DNA from: Stegostoma tigrinum
Lineage: Eukaryota
Length of the DNA stretch: 64,000 bases
NCBI RefSeq assembly: GCF_030684315.1
Contig: NC_081383.1
Span: 43,261,138-43,325,137, forward strand
Direction of reading: 5' to 3'
Below, one piece after another: positions 14,028 through 26,899 of this stretch. The stretch's first letter is position 1, and every line of letters starts with the position of its first letter. The notes beneath the pieces were generated by a model that was not told where the DNA came from, searched no databases, and worked only from the letters and a program-made list of their open reading frames with translations. The position numbers and the translations under genes are program-made.

Positions 14028-14280
14028 AGAGGGGGATGGGGAGAGGGAACTGGAATAAATAGGGAGAGAGGGGGAGGCGGACCGAAGATGGAGAGTAAAG
14101 AAGATAGGTGGAGAGAGTATAGGTGGGGATAGGTCAGTCCAGGGAAGACGGACAGGTCAAGGAGGTGGGATGAGGTTAGTAGGTAGATGGGGGTGCGGCT
14201 TGGGGTGGGAGGAAGGGATGGGTGAGAGGAAGAACCGGTTAGGGAGGCAGAGACAGGTTGGACTGGTATTGCGATGCAGT

Positions 14281-14311
14281 GGGTGGGTGGGTGGGTGGGT
14301 GGGTGGGGGGG
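14281..14311 (+). repeat. (GGGT)6 plus G-run microsatellite
   Basis: gggtgggtgggtgggtgggtgggtggggggg. Confidence 0.9.
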
Positions 14312-14809
14312 AAGAAGAGCTGGGCTGGTTGTGTGGTGCAGTGGGGGGAGGGGACGAACTGGGCTGGTTTAGGGATGCAGTAGGGGAAGGGGAGATTTTG
14401 AAACTGGTGAAGTCCACATTGATACCATTAGGCTGCAGGGTTCCCAGGCGGAATATGAGTTGCTGTTCCTGCAACCTTCGGGTGGCATCATTGTGGCAGT
14501 GCAGGAGGCCCATGATGGACAAGTCATCTAGAGAATGGGAGGGGGAGTGGAAATGGTTTGTAATCTCTTCAAAAAAGATCAATCAGTTTGAATAGAAATG
14601 ATGCTTGAAGGCTACTGTGGGATATAGAGTACTTCCTCACAATGAGGGAACTGTAGGATACAATCACCCTGACTACTTTTAAGCATATTCTACAAGTGGT
14701 GCCCAGAATGGAAGAGGAAAGGTATCTCTAATTAACTTCTTTGGCTAAAGAAGATTCACAATACAAGATGTGCCATGAACACGCACACACACACACAAAC
14801 ACGCAGACT

Positions 14810-14904
14810 AAGATAACAAAGTGTGGAGCTGGATGAACACAGCAGGCCAAGCAGCACAAAAGGAGCACAAAAGCTGACATTTCGGGCCTAGACCCTTCAT
14901 TAGA
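14810..14904 (-). mobile_element. Solo Penelope family B terminal repeat with mutated hammerhead (CTAATGA)
   Basis: ctaatgaagggtctaggcccgaaatgtcagcttttgtgctcc...; core at 14876-14903. Confidence 0.8.
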
Positions 14905-15734
14905 AAACGCTAAATTCACACACTAAATTGTATTGAGATTACTGACAGTCCAAGACTATTGTGCACTGCCACGGCACCATGACTTTAACATCAATAATGA
15001 AAGAAAAGTTGCCATAAATATTTTCAACTACAATATACTCAGTCAGCTTTTATGCCACTCAGTCATTACTTATTTACATCCTTATACATCATCACCAGTA
15101 AAAAGAGCAAGTCCAGTCTTAACGATTAGTTTTATTCCAGTACATTTGCGCTATAATTTGGGATGGTGCCACTGATTCTCATCGATTTTGAACTTCACAT
15201 ATACAAACGGATTGGGGCAAAATGCTTATGCACAAACGTTCACTAACAACAAAAAACTGGAAGAAATTGCTAAAACAGTAAATACAGATTCAACAGAAAC
15301 ACAGAACCAGACCATTAAGCCCAACAGCTCTATGTCAGCAATCATACTCCACACAAGCCTCCTCCTTATTTCATCCAACTCGGTGTGGATATCCTACTCT
15401 CTTCTCCTTCATGAACTTACCTAGTCTTCTCTTAAAACATATATGCTACATTAGAGTTGATCCACTGAAAGGGATAGGCAGTTCTTGATCCAACAAGACT
15501 TTGGAGTTTTATTGAACTGTGAAAGTCGACATCCCAGTCGAGAAACTGGATAAGAAATTAAGTTTACAAGGGAAAATTGTATCCTTATGAGTATGAATGT
15601 TAAATTCTCCAAAGACGGTGAAATACTGGTTAGGGAAACAGCTTCACACCAGGACTCAGTTAAGTCCTGTAAGAGTCTACAAAATAGGGTCTGAATAGCA
15701 ATACAGAACTTCAACAGATCCAGAGGATAGTGGT

Positions 15735-18190
15735 TAGTGTGGTGGCCATCACAGAGGTGGTGGTGCTGGGGAAGCTGCAAGGTCTGAAAGTGTGTAAATC
15801 ACCCAGATCAGATGGATTACACCCTAGAGTTCTGAAGGAGATAATTGAGGAGATTGTGGAGGCATTAGTCATGAACATTCAGAATCACAAAAGTCAGGGA
15901 GGATTGGAAAACGGCCAACGTAACACCCATTTTTATTTGGAGAGAGGGGCAGAAGACAGGAAACTACAGGCTGGTTAGCTGACTTTAGTTTGTTGATAAG
16001 ATTTTAAGTGTTTACTATTTAGGCTGCGATTGTGGAGGTACATGGTAAAATAGGGCCGAGTTAGTATAGCTTCATCAAGGGCGTCATTTTTGACAAATCT
16101 GCTAGAATTCTTGGAGAAGGTAACGAGCAAGTTAAATTAAGAAGAGCCAGCGGGCACAATCTATTTGAAATTCCAGAAGGCCTCTGCTGTGATGTGGAGG
16201 TGCCAGAGTTGGATTGAGGTGGATAAAGGTCAGAAGTCAATTGGCACCAGGTGTATCTGAAGTCACAAGCTTACAGAGAACTGTGCCTTCATCAGGTGAA
16301 ATGAAGAATAGCATCCAGGCACCAGAATTTATAGGCAGAGAGATCAACAGATTATACAAGTGCTGTGAGTGGAGTGTCGAATAATAAATCTCTGCAGGTG
16401 ATAAAAGTGTCAGACAGAGTGAGTAAAGTGTCAACAGCTGAATAGTAAGTGAAGGGTATGACCATAATCCAATTAATTGGGGAATAGAGATAATTACAAA
16501 ACATTAAAATAAAGTGGTGCAGGAGACAAACCAACTGGCTGGAATAATGTGATAGATATAAAAGAGTTGCATGCCAAGGGTCTAACCAAAGTAACAAATA
16601 ATCCAAAACTGTACAAACTAATTAAAGGTAGAGAGATCATAACAAGTTATCAAGGTGGCAGTGTTAAAACAGGACAGCAAGGAAGGTTCTGCCAAATAGA
16701 GAACAGCATGGTGGGGTTACTCGTTGCGCAACATGTACCCAGTTCACAGCTGACACCATCTTCATGGGTATGGAACTTGGCTGTCAGTTTCTGCTCGGTG
16801 ATTCTGCATTGTTGTGCATCTCAAAAGGACACTTATCCGAAGATTGGAGGTTGAATGCCCATGACTGCTAAAGTGCTCCCAATGGGGAGGGAATATTCCT
16901 GTCTGGCAATTTATCTGTTACCATAGCATCTGCACGGCCTCACCAATGTACCATGCCTCAGGGATCCTTGCCTGTAGCATACAAGATAAACAACATTGGT
17001 TGCCTCTGGCTGAGTCACAAGTGCCTGCGATGAACGTGGTTGGTGGTTTTCCCACATGATGCAAGTATCAATGTTGATGATCTAATTTGTCTTGCATATG
17101 TTGTCGTGGCAAGGTTGTGTCACACTGTGGTCGAAGTTGCCCTGAAATCTGGGTAATTTGCTGTGAATGAAGGTCTGTTTAAGGTTTGGCAGTTGTCTGA
17201 AGGTGAGAAGTGGGGGCAAAGGAATGATTTTAGCAAGATATTCAGAATCCATGGTGTTAGAGATCCACATACGAAGGCACAGAAGATTAGCCAACCGGCA
17301 GAATATAGAGAGTGGGGATAAAGGGTCTTTTTCAGAATGCCAGCCAGTGACTAGTAGAGCTCCACAGGGGTCCATGTTGAGACCACAACAATTCACATTA
17401 CATATTAACAATCCAGATGAAGGATCTTCGCAAAGGGGATGTGGCTGGTTGCAGAAGATGCAAAGGTAAACAGAGGGCCTGGTAGTGTTGCAGAAGTGGG
17501 GAGGCTGGAGAAGGACTTGGACAGGCTTGAAGAGTGGGCAAAAAAGTGGCAGGTGGAGTACAATGTTGTAACATTCAAGATTAGTCACTTTGGTAGGAAG
17601 AATAGAAGCATAGACTATTTTCTAAATGGGGGAAGGTTTTCAGAAATCTGAAGTACAAAGGGACTTAGGAGGCGTAGTTCAGGATTCTTTTCAGGTTAAC
17701 GTGCAGTTTCACTTGACAATTAGGAAGGCAAGTGTGATGGTAGCAAGGCAAGTGCAATCTTAGCATTTATTTCGACAGCACTAGAATACAAGAGCAGGCG
17801 TGTCCTACTCAGGATATAAAAGACTCTGGTCGGATTGCATTTGGGATATTTTGAGCAGTTTTGGGACCCTATCTAAGGAAGAATGTGCTGACCCTGGCAG
17901 GATTCCAGAGGAGGTTTACAAGAATGATTCCGGAGATGAAGGGCTGTCACATGAGGAGCGGTTGAGGGTCTGGGTCTGGGTCTGTAAGCCATAGAATTTA
18001 GAAGGAAGAGGGGGATCTCATTAAAACTTGCAGAATACCAGGAGGCGTGGGAAAGGGTAGACATGAAGACAATGTTTCCATGAGATCCAAGGACACAGCA
18101 TCAAGTGTGAACGAATGACCTTTTACAATTGAGATTAGGAAGAATTTCTTCAGCCGGAGGACAGTGAACCTGTGGAACTTATTGCTGCAC
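15735..18190 (+). mobile_element. Decayed CR1 LINE ORF2 split by the Penelope insertion
   Basis: KSPRSDGLHPRVLKE on the left; PQGSMLRPQQFTLHIN and DLDRLEEWAKKWQVEYNV on the right. Confidence 0.85.
16190..17235 (-). mobile_element. Penelope-like element 3' portion, family C, inserted into a CR1
   Basis: PLPPLLTFRQLPNLKQTFIHSKLP...QPCHDNICK linker/zinc-knuckle remnant. The terminal repeat carries a decayed CTGATGA-AGG...AAGCTT core at 16267-16295. Confidence 0.75.
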
Positions 18191-18894
18191 TTGTTGCAGG
18201 TTGCTACTCTGAAAATGATCCCTCTAGCCCAACCTTATCTTCTATTAGCATGAATAGAGAATTCAATAGCTAATGATTATTTTAATCAGCTAGTTTGGAA
18301 TATGTTATGACAAATGATCGGGCAAGGTAGCACCTCCTTATTGGAGGACACTTCCATTGAGCCACAACAGCCTTAAATTCTAATGCTCTGCTGACTGAGC
18401 TTGTCCAAGATATAGCTCTCTATATGTGCTAATATGTTATTCCAGCTCCCCCCCCCCCGCCAAAATATTGGACTCTTATCTTATTAAGAGACGTTACATG
18501 CCCCTTAACTACATCTTCAACAGCGGTTGTAAACAGCTTAGGCTCGAGCATTGATTCATGCAGCACTCCATTCTTCCAGCTTGCTATCCCATAAACATCC
18601 TACTTATTCCTGCCCTGGTTTCTGTCCATTAGTCAATCCTCAACCCACACAAACGTATTATCCTCAATCCCATGAGTCTTAATTGTGGGTAATAACCTGT
18701 TGATTTCAGAGTAGGAGTAAGCAACTGGCATTTCAACCTATTCAATAAGGCTAATATGACCTGACTGTGGTCTCAACACCCTTGTCTATACAACTCAACT
18801 TTGAATAAATTCAATGACCCAGCCTGCATTATTTTCTAGGAAAGGGAATTCCACAGACTAACAACCCTTTAAAGTATTGGCAAACATCCATAGA

Positions 18895-19040
18895 TCGGGT
18901 TGTGGATGAGGTTGTTGATTTGCTCGACGAGCTGGCTTATTTTTGTTCAGACGTTTTGCCATCATGCTAGGGGACATCACCAGTGGAGTTTCTGATGAAG
19001 CAATGTCTTGCTACTCGCTTGGAATTCATACTGTCCAGAC
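18895..19040 (-). mobile_element. Solo, decayed Penelope family A terminal repeat
   Basis: Aligns by eye to 4950-5100, with a degenerate core CTGGTGA-TGTC...GGC-AAAACGTC. Confidence 0.7.
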
Positions 19041-19544
19041 AGTAGCCATCCTTCCAGAGCTCTTTCTTAAATTACCACCGTGAATATCTATTCCTATCTT
19101 TACTTCTTAAAAAGTCGTTTTTTGACCCCACTTCTGATCATCTACTCTAAAATCCTATTCTATGGCTCAGAACCAATTTTTGTTTGACAACAATCGTAAC
19201 ATCTACAAAAACTCACTGTATAATCTCATTATCCAAGTTGTTTTCCTAAGTGACAGTTCTACAAAATACTTCCTAATTCCAAAAGCCAGGCAAAAGTGTA
19301 CAATATTTATAAACCTGTACTCAATTCTGCCTTGTGCAGACAACCACCAATCCAATGCCAAGTAATAAGGTGTAATTCCATGTTGGAGCTAATATAAACA
19401 TGTCTGTCTGTTTTAAGAAAATTCCTGATCAATTGGTTAATTTCACTCACAACAATAAAAGGTCATCAAGCTGATCGCCAGTGAATAAGAAACACAAAAA
19501 CCAGTGCTCCCACACAGACCAATTCCAAAGCGACCAGTGATTTT

Positions 19545-20660
19545 TTTTCCCCCATTTATTTACAGGATATGGGCAACTCTGGCGAGGCCAGCATTTATTG
19601 CCCATTCCTAGTTGACCTCAAGGTGGTGATGGTGAGCTGCCTCCTTGAATTTCTGTAATCCAATTGCTGTGTGGGCCCACAAAGCAGTTGGAAAGGGAGT
19701 TCCAGAATTTTGACCCAGCAACACTTAAGGAACAACGATATATTTCCAAATCAGTGGACAGTGACAAGGAGAGTGACTTGTAGATTAACTTGCACGTGGT
19801 GGTGCTCCTATATCTGCTGCCCATGTCCTTCCACATGACAGTGGTCATGGGTTTCGAAGGTGTTGAGGAGCCTTAGTGAATTTCTGCTTATAGATGGTAC
19901 ACACTGCTGCTAAGCATCAGTGGTTGCAGGAATGTTTGTAGAGGTGGTGCCAATCAAGTGGGCTGCTTTGTCCTGAGTGTTTTTGGAACTGCTGTCACCC
20001 CGGTATCTGGGAATTATTCCTTCATTCTTATTACCTGTGCCTTGAAGATGGTGCTGCAGCTATTTGCTGCATGATTCTTAGCAATTGGCATGCTACTATA
20101 ACCGCAGTACTCATATGTTCAATTTCTGGCCAATGGTAACCTCGTAGAATGTTGACAGTGAGGGATTCAGTGATGATAATACCATTGGATGCCAAGGGTC
20201 AATGGCTAGATTCGCTTTTGTTGGAGATGGTCATTGTCTGGTACTTGCATAATATGAATGTTACTTGCCACTTGTCAACTGTAACCTGGATATTGACCAG
20301 ATATTGCTACGTTTTGGCACAGACTGCTTTAGTATCTGAGACATTGCAAATGGTGATGAACACTGAGCAGTCAACGAACATCCCCCTTCTGACTTTATGG
20401 TGGACAGAAGTTCATTGATGAAGCAGCCGAAGATAGGTGGGCCTAGGATACTGCTCTGAAGAACTCCTGAAAACATGTCCTGGACCTGAAATGACTGACC
20501 ATTAACAACACAAACATCTTTCTATGTGCCAAGTGTGACTCCAACCAGCACAGAATTTTCCAACTCATTCCAATTGACTCAAGTGTTACTAAGGCTCCTC
20601 GATGCCACACTCAGTCAAATGTGGCCTTGATGTCAAGAGCAATCAATCTCACCTCACCTG
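19545..20660 (-). mobile_element. Decayed L2/CR1-group LINE 3' part
   Basis: SGVLQSSILGPPIFGCFINEL RT remnant and the same gggcaataaatgctgg tail. Confidence 0.8.
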
Positions 20661-22106
20661 ATGTAAATACATTCAGTTCAGGTGACCACTGATGACACTT
20701 TGACTTAGCTATGATGCCACTAAACAGCCAGTCAACAATTCCTGTTATACGGAGTCATGGAAAATAGTTAATAAACATAGAAAGTGCTGGAGAAATTCTA
20801 TACATTTGGTAGCATTGCTGGAAAGAGAATCAGAGTTAACACTGAGTCTAACAATTTTACTTCAGAATGAAGAATCCTGACGGGAGTCAATTCATTTCGA
20901 AGAGATGAAATGAAGGGAAAAGTTGTACAGTGAGAGTTGCAGTTTAGTTATTTTTCTTTACCTCACAAGTACATCAGTAACTGTTGAGCCCTCTACCTGG
21001 CATCTGCCAGGACCAGTCTGAACCAGTAGGTTTGGACAGCTACTCTTTCAACAGCTAAGAGTTGAATAGTGGTATACTGACAGAGGCAGCTAGAAGAGAT
21101 TATACTCACTGACAACAAAATATACCAGTATGTTTTGTTTCCCACTATCTGCTTGAAATAATGAACCATATATCTCTACTCCTTCCCCTTCAAATTCCTG
21201 TATTTCCATGTCTGAATTCTGTTCCACATTCCCCTTCACCCAATGATTCCACTAAACGTGTCACCACCTCTCAAATCCTTCTTTCTTTCCTTCCCTTTTA
21301 ATTTTCCCTCACTTTTCTATCCTAAGTCTCTCTCATCCCCTCCTTCAAATATCTCAGTTGAAACATGACCTGCATACAAAAAAGTAATATACACTGATAC
21401 ACTCACTGCTAGGATTTTACTTGACATACATGTAGAAAAAGTATAAATGAAAACACTCTTGAAAACAGTTTAATAAGTAAGACAGGCAAAGATCTGACTG
21501 CTTAGTCAACATCTCTTCCCCTCCAGTGTTAAGTAATTGTCATATTAAATAAGGTGAGATTCCCTCCCATCAGGAATGGAACAGTGAGAAACAGTAAAGA
21601 AAAACACAAAAAAGGTAACAAATTAGAAGCCTGCAAAGGCTCAACAGAAGTAATTTCTGTGGTTTGTAGCAGTTCTTCAACTCAATAACAAAATGTAATT
21701 ATTTTCACCATTTATTTAACTGAACTTACAATCTTTACAAAATCAGCAAAACTTAAAACACAAGTCGCTGTCTTCTCACAACTAGCATTGTTTGAATGCT
21801 TAAATGCCAAGATCATGCATGAAAACTCTAAATCGGTTTCTACAATTTTCAGGACCAGATACAAGGGCCAGGCAGCTAAACAAAGAAACCAGTGAGCCAC
21901 ATTTCGAGAAAGTTGCATATAACTCACATCATCCCTATTGCCCATTTTTAAGATCAGGTTTGCACACAGGCACACACACACACACAAAACGCTCCTTCCC
22001 TGTAAAGCGGTTGCATGCTCCATACACAATGCCCAATTACTCAAACAGATTTCTCCTATTCCAACTGCAATTTAGTACTTGCAGCGAAAGTACCAAGTTG
22101 CTGGGA

Positions 22107-22917
22107 AGTTGCAAATGCGAGGTTTTGCACTTTAGAAAAGAAGAATACAGGCATGGACTATTTTCGAAATGGTGAGAAAATTCGTAAAGCAGAAGTACAA
22201 AGGGATCTGGGAGTGTTGGTCCAGAATTCTCTAAAAGTTAACTTGCAGGTAGAGTCCGTGATTAAGAAAGCAAACGTAATGTTGCTGTTTATCTCAAGAG
22301 GGTTGGAATATAAAAGCAGTGAGGTGCTTCTGAAAGCTTTTTAAAGCTCTAGTTAGGCCCCATTTAGAATACTGTGTCCAATTTTGGGACCCACACCTCA
22401 GGAAGGACATACTAGCCCTGGAGACTGTCCAGCAGGGATTCACACGGATGATCCCTGGAATGGTAGGTTCAACGTATGATGAACGGCTAAGGATCCTGGG
22501 ATTGTACTTATTAGAGTTTAGAAGGTAGAGGGGAGATCTAATAGAAACTTACAAGATAATGTATGGCCTAGAAGGGGTGGACGCTGGCAAGTTGTTTCCG
22601 TTAGGCGGGGAGACCAGAACCCGTGGGCACAGCCTTAGAGTTAGAGGGGGTAAATTTAAAACAGAAATGAAATGACATTTCTTCAGCCAGAGAGTGGTGG
22701 GCTTGTGGAATTCATTGCCACGGAGTGCAGCGGAGGCCAGGACTTTAGATGCCTTCAAGGGAGAGATCGAAAAATTCTTGCTCTCACAAGGAATAAAGGG
22801 CTACGGGGAGAGTGCAGGGAAGTGGAGGTGAAATGCCCATCAGCCATGATTTAAATGGCAGAGTGGACTCGATGGGTCGAATGGCCTTACTTACACTCCT
22901 ATGTCTTATGGTCTTAA
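22107..22917 (+). mobile_element. Young 5'-truncated CR1 LINE
   Basis: QRDLGVLVQNSLKVNLQV ORF2 segment and an atgtcttatggtctta tail; the same family ends at 63924-64000 on the minus strand. Confidence 0.92.
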
Positions 22918-25792
22918 TATGAAGGATTATAAAGCCATTAGATAACATAAGACCTGGAGATATACATGGATAGCCTAATGTTATTTAAGCTTTCTCAGTC
23001 ACTGAACATCAGACATTTATACCTGACTCACGACAGAACTTTCAAATATAACATCTCATATGAATTCTTTGAATAAATTACCATCTCCAAACAAAGAGTA
23101 AATTGTCCCAATATTGTAAGCGATGTGAAACTACATCCAGGAGTTCAAAATGTCAAAGATCCACGAAAATGATGAATTTTTAAGATGTCAAATTCCATTT
23201 ATATCAACAGACAATAGCTCATGCACACATTAATTTGCAGCTTATACACCACATCCAATTTACTTCCACTGAATACTCCTAATTCTGACGAGTTTAAGTC
23301 AGCAGACTCTTAGCCATAGTGCTAGTTAGACCAGTTTTTATATCAATACAAATTTCATGCCAGAGGCATGTTACAGATTGCAAGAGATATAACTGTGGAA
23401 CAATTCTGGTATAAACTGCTTCTCCCACTCACAGCTTGCCTTTGCATTGGATTGCTCACTGCAGGAGATTCAAGCTTTAATGCTGCAACTGCCTGACCTC
23501 CTCCACAAGCTTTAACAAATATTGATATACTTCTCAAATTTCATATACAAGCTTAGAGGGAAAAGATAGAATGCAAATACATATCATACAAATTACTAGC
23601 TATATTCAGTAGTGCTCTTTTAGCAATGTAAACATTACTGATTCAAAAGCTCTACCTCATGTGTATGTACACAAAGCACTGACAAAAAAGTTACTCCACA
23701 TTCAGAAGTAGTCCTCAGAAGCAAGTATATTTAATTCACAACATTCCATAACTTTGAATGGAACACAAATTCAGGGCCAAGCCCTAACAAACTTTCAACT
23801 ATCTTAGAACCAAGAACATTACAAGTTGGTTAAGTCTGTTAATTCTTTTCCATCAGTGAATGACAAAGGTTTCACCAGATCTGAAGTAATATATGTCAGA
23901 AGATAGGCATGACGATATCAATGAAAATAAAAAGCCACACACATAAAGTCGCCACAGCTTGTAAACCAGGTCCAGCAGACATGAATCAGAATCCAACAGT
24001 CTGGGCAAATAATCAGTTCACAAAATTAATTTTAAAAAAGTATCTCTCTAACTGCATATACCTCACGGACAGACAGAAAGAATGATTTGAGTTAGTACGG
24101 CAAGTATAAAAATCTTTCATGTACCAAAGTTGCCTTCAGCACCAAGGAAATCAGTCTCCTAGTTGACAGGAAAACAATAATTCGGGTCTAAATTGCTTCT
24201 CCCACACTCATCTCAAGAATGGAAAAAACAGAAAAAGTTGTAAATACTGAAAAGGTTGTTAGCCTAAAACATTAACTGCTTCTCTTCCTGCAAATGCGAC
24301 CTAAACCGATTCTGCCAATATTTGCTTTTATCAAACACTGATATATAACCAAAGATCCAGAAGTTTCACTTTATTACCTACCATCTCGTAATTCAAGCCG
24401 CTGTGTATATACATCAATATAAGAGCACCACATGACCAATACAAAACTGCAGCTCCACAGTGAATCCTGCATATCAAATGTGAGAAACAACATTCTTGTG
24501 CTCAAAACTGCTCCCAGCTCACGAAGTAATATTACCAGAGAGAATCTCTCATAGACCACTACAATGCCAAAATACAAACGATATTGTTTGGTACAGACCC
24601 AACTGCAGCAATGCTCAATCGCCTTTAAGACGTCTGCCAACGTCGAACAATGCACATCTGAGACCATAATCCACTGTTGGAAGGTTTAGCTTGGGCTAAT
24701 ATTTCTTGTAATTAGTACTTACTCTACAATGCCTGTCTCATGCTTATAGCAAACTGCCTGTCTGCCTGACATATGGTCAGAAACTTCAAAAGCTAAATTA
24801 ACCTCAATCATATTCATGATGGAGCTATTAGGATTATTCCAGGCAAAGGAAAAAGAAACATTAGCCAAGTTTCCTGATCCGCACAATTGTCCAGTGACCC
24901 CTGCTGGTTGTTTATACTTTGTGCGGATTTTTTTGTATAGATGTCAGGCTCAGTTCTGAAAACCCATCCCTGTCACACAGCACAACAATCACCAACGCAG
25001 TTTCCTAATCTGAAGGATGGTCACTAGTAGAGTCATTTCAGGGGTTCACGGTGCCTGTGAAATTCCAGCAAGTTGTCACATTCAGGAAAAGACGTCAAAG
25101 GAGTCGGCTGAAAATAAAACCCTGTAAAGCTTCTACATTGCGCTTTCGGGCTATGAACAATTTCTCAAACAACTTCGATTTCTTACACTGTCCGCTGGAA
25201 TGAAAGACAGCAGGAAAACTCTAGATCCATGCCCCAATGTGACAGAAGGCGATGCAAACACTGGCACCAGCCTTCGCAATGTCTAAGGAAGTCTATATAT
25301 GTGAGGGAAGGGATGCCAGGCTTCTGCTTGGAACACTGAAAGACAGTGCAGCAAGCACAGACCCACCAAGCCTCCACACTGCAGGCTGACTGTAAACAAA
25401 CAGCAGTTGGAGGGAGACCCTATGCTCACGAGCCACAGTAAGAGAAGGGAAATAAGGGGACGTGCTCTGCATTCACAGACGAGGAAGGAGCGGGCTCCTG
25501 GAACTACTGCAAAGCTGGTGCTGGCTGGGAGCCTCGGCTTGCCATTCAGACTCGCAACCACCTCGTATTCCCACCCGTCGCCCACCTTCATCCGCTCGGA
25601 TTCACCCCAGCCGCGGCCTAGGCGTCTCTCCATTACCCTTCTCACTGACAGTGAAATTATACGAAACCCCGCTCCAGAGGCTTCGGGCCTCGGCGGGGAG
25701 AAGATTCAGCCTCTGCTGCTGCTGCCGCCGCCGCCGTCCCCCAGGCTCTCCCTCCCTCACCAACACCCCAGCAGCCGAATCATTCTCGGTAC

Positions 25793-25819
25793 CTGAGTGA
25801 GAGAAACAAGCGCCGCCAT
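25793..25819 (-). CDS. EPS15L1: First coding exon of an EPS15-family gene, most likely EPS15L1
   Basis: gcgaagATGGCGGCGCTTGTTTCTCTCACTCAG|gtaccg = MAALVSLTQ, with a strong Kozak context inside a CpG island and a phase-0 donor. It matches the short first exon of EPS15 (MAAAAQLSLTQ) and EPS15L1. Only 9 codons are visible and exon 2 was not found, so the paralogue call is tentative. Confidence 0.7.
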
Positions 25820-25822
25820 CTT
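25811..25822 (-). promoter_or_regulatory. YY1 motif (AAGATGGCGGCG) overlapping the start codon
   Basis: Exact match to the YY1 consensus, typical of housekeeping genes that start Met-Ala. Confidence 0.55.
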
Positions 25823-25885
25823 CGCCGCGGAGCAGCACCCGCGCTCAGACCGGGCTTTTGGTTGTGGTTGGGAGTGTTGGTGAAA

Positions 25886-25904
25886 CGCATGCGCGCACGG
25901 GCGG
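25886..25904. promoter_or_regulatory. NRF1-like site (CGCATGCGC) followed by a GC box (GGGCGG)
   Basis: acgcatgcgcgcacgggcgg, about 70 bp upstream of the ATG. Confidence 0.6.
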
Positions 25905-26534
25905 CGTCCGCGCACGCACACAGCCGGGGCGACGAGCCTGACGCGCCGCCTGATCACCAAGGGGGTTCGCGCGCGCTGCACGAGCACCGATTGATGTTGC
26001 CTTTTGCCATGTGTTTCCAGAAGCTGCTGTCAAGGCATTGAACCACTTGAGGAAGCAGCGTGTCCCATTCTCAGTAAAGCATCACTCTCAAAAACCGGCT
26101 TCGAAAAATAACAAATACACAAATCATCCAGAAGCAGAAAAGAACATTGATACAAAAACAGAAAAAGCTGGAAATACTCGGTGTTCAAACAAAAGGTCGT
26201 TAACCTAAAATGTTACCTCCGTTTATTATCTCCCCACTGCTGAGCATTTGAATATTTCCACCAAGCTGTGCACTGTGATGGTTACATTTAGCATCGGACA
26301 CCTCGTGGCGGTATGTGCAAGTCCATCCACCACTAATTTCGCATTTGTCGATGTTCCAAGACCGCTGTTAAAATTCTGAAATTTTCTACCCTGTATCATG
26401 GGTGGAGCAAAATCACCCCAAGGACTACAGCAATGCATTCAGAAGGTCCCCCAACACCACTTCAGGGCATCCAGAGAAGGATATTAATGATCAAAGGATA
26501 CTGTGTCACCCATAGGATTAGGAAGAACTGCCCA

Positions 26535-26615
26535 TCTAGGTCCGAAACGTCAGCTTTTGTGCTCCGAAGATACTGCTTGGCCTGGTGTGTTCATCCAGCT
26601 TTACACTTTGTTGCC
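26535..26615 (+). mobile_element. Penelope family B terminal-repeat fragment truncated inside hammerhead helix II
   Basis: tctaggtccgaaacgtcagcttttgtgctcc...ttcatccagct. Confidence 0.75.
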
Positions 26616-26899
26616 CTATTAACCACATTGTGTTACCCACCTCCTCAGAAGTGACATAGACATAGAAGCAAAGTACTGTGGCACCTGAAAACCTGAATTA
26701 AAAACCTAAAATTACATGGCGCAAAAATTTCAGCAGGTCAAGTAGCCAATCCTGAAGTAAGTAATATTCAACTAAAAACATTAGTGCTAATAATGTATTT
26801 ATTAAGTGATAGAAGCATCAGAAAAGATGTCACAAGTAATTTGCAGAATCCTCAGTGCCAGATTGAGGAAATCTCAGTTATTTATAACTGTTTATTCCT

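Larger units (their letters stand above)
13945..14558 (-). mobile_element. Penelope-like element 3' end, family B (endonuclease C-terminus, pyrimidine-rich spacer, terminal repeat)
   Basis: NHFHSPSHSLDDLSIMGLLHCHNDATRRLQEQQLIFRLGTLQPNGINVDF is the typical C-terminal part of a Penelope GIY-YIG region; highly similar to 31275-31750. Confidence 0.88.
25450..25990. promoter_or_regulatory. CpG island / promoter of the EPS15-family gene
   Basis: The only GC- and CpG-dense block in the window; it surrounds the MAALVSLTQ exon. Confidence 0.9.

Noticed and set aside
14170-14595. 141-aa Gly/Trp-rich plus-strand ORF (and its sister at 31199-31495)
   Set aside because: Antisense reading of the G-rich Penelope spacer.
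1-25790. EPS15-family exons 2-3 (LSSGNP.YE.YYRQ / VD..TGRV)
   Set aside because: Searched by eye on the minus strand without a match; the best look-alike (VVYERFSL|gtaat near 24535-24560) does not fit. They are probably outside the window, though a short exon could have been missed.
25793-25890. Out-of-frame upstream ATG at 25890 (minus) overlapping the main start
   Set aside because: It lies inside the NRF1-like motif, probably upstream of the transcription start; there is no evidence it is transcribed.
25283-26033. Several 60-130 aa overlapping ORFs in the CpG island
   Set aside because: Expected from stop-codon scarcity in GC-rich DNA; only MAALVSLTQ has Kozak, donor and homology support.
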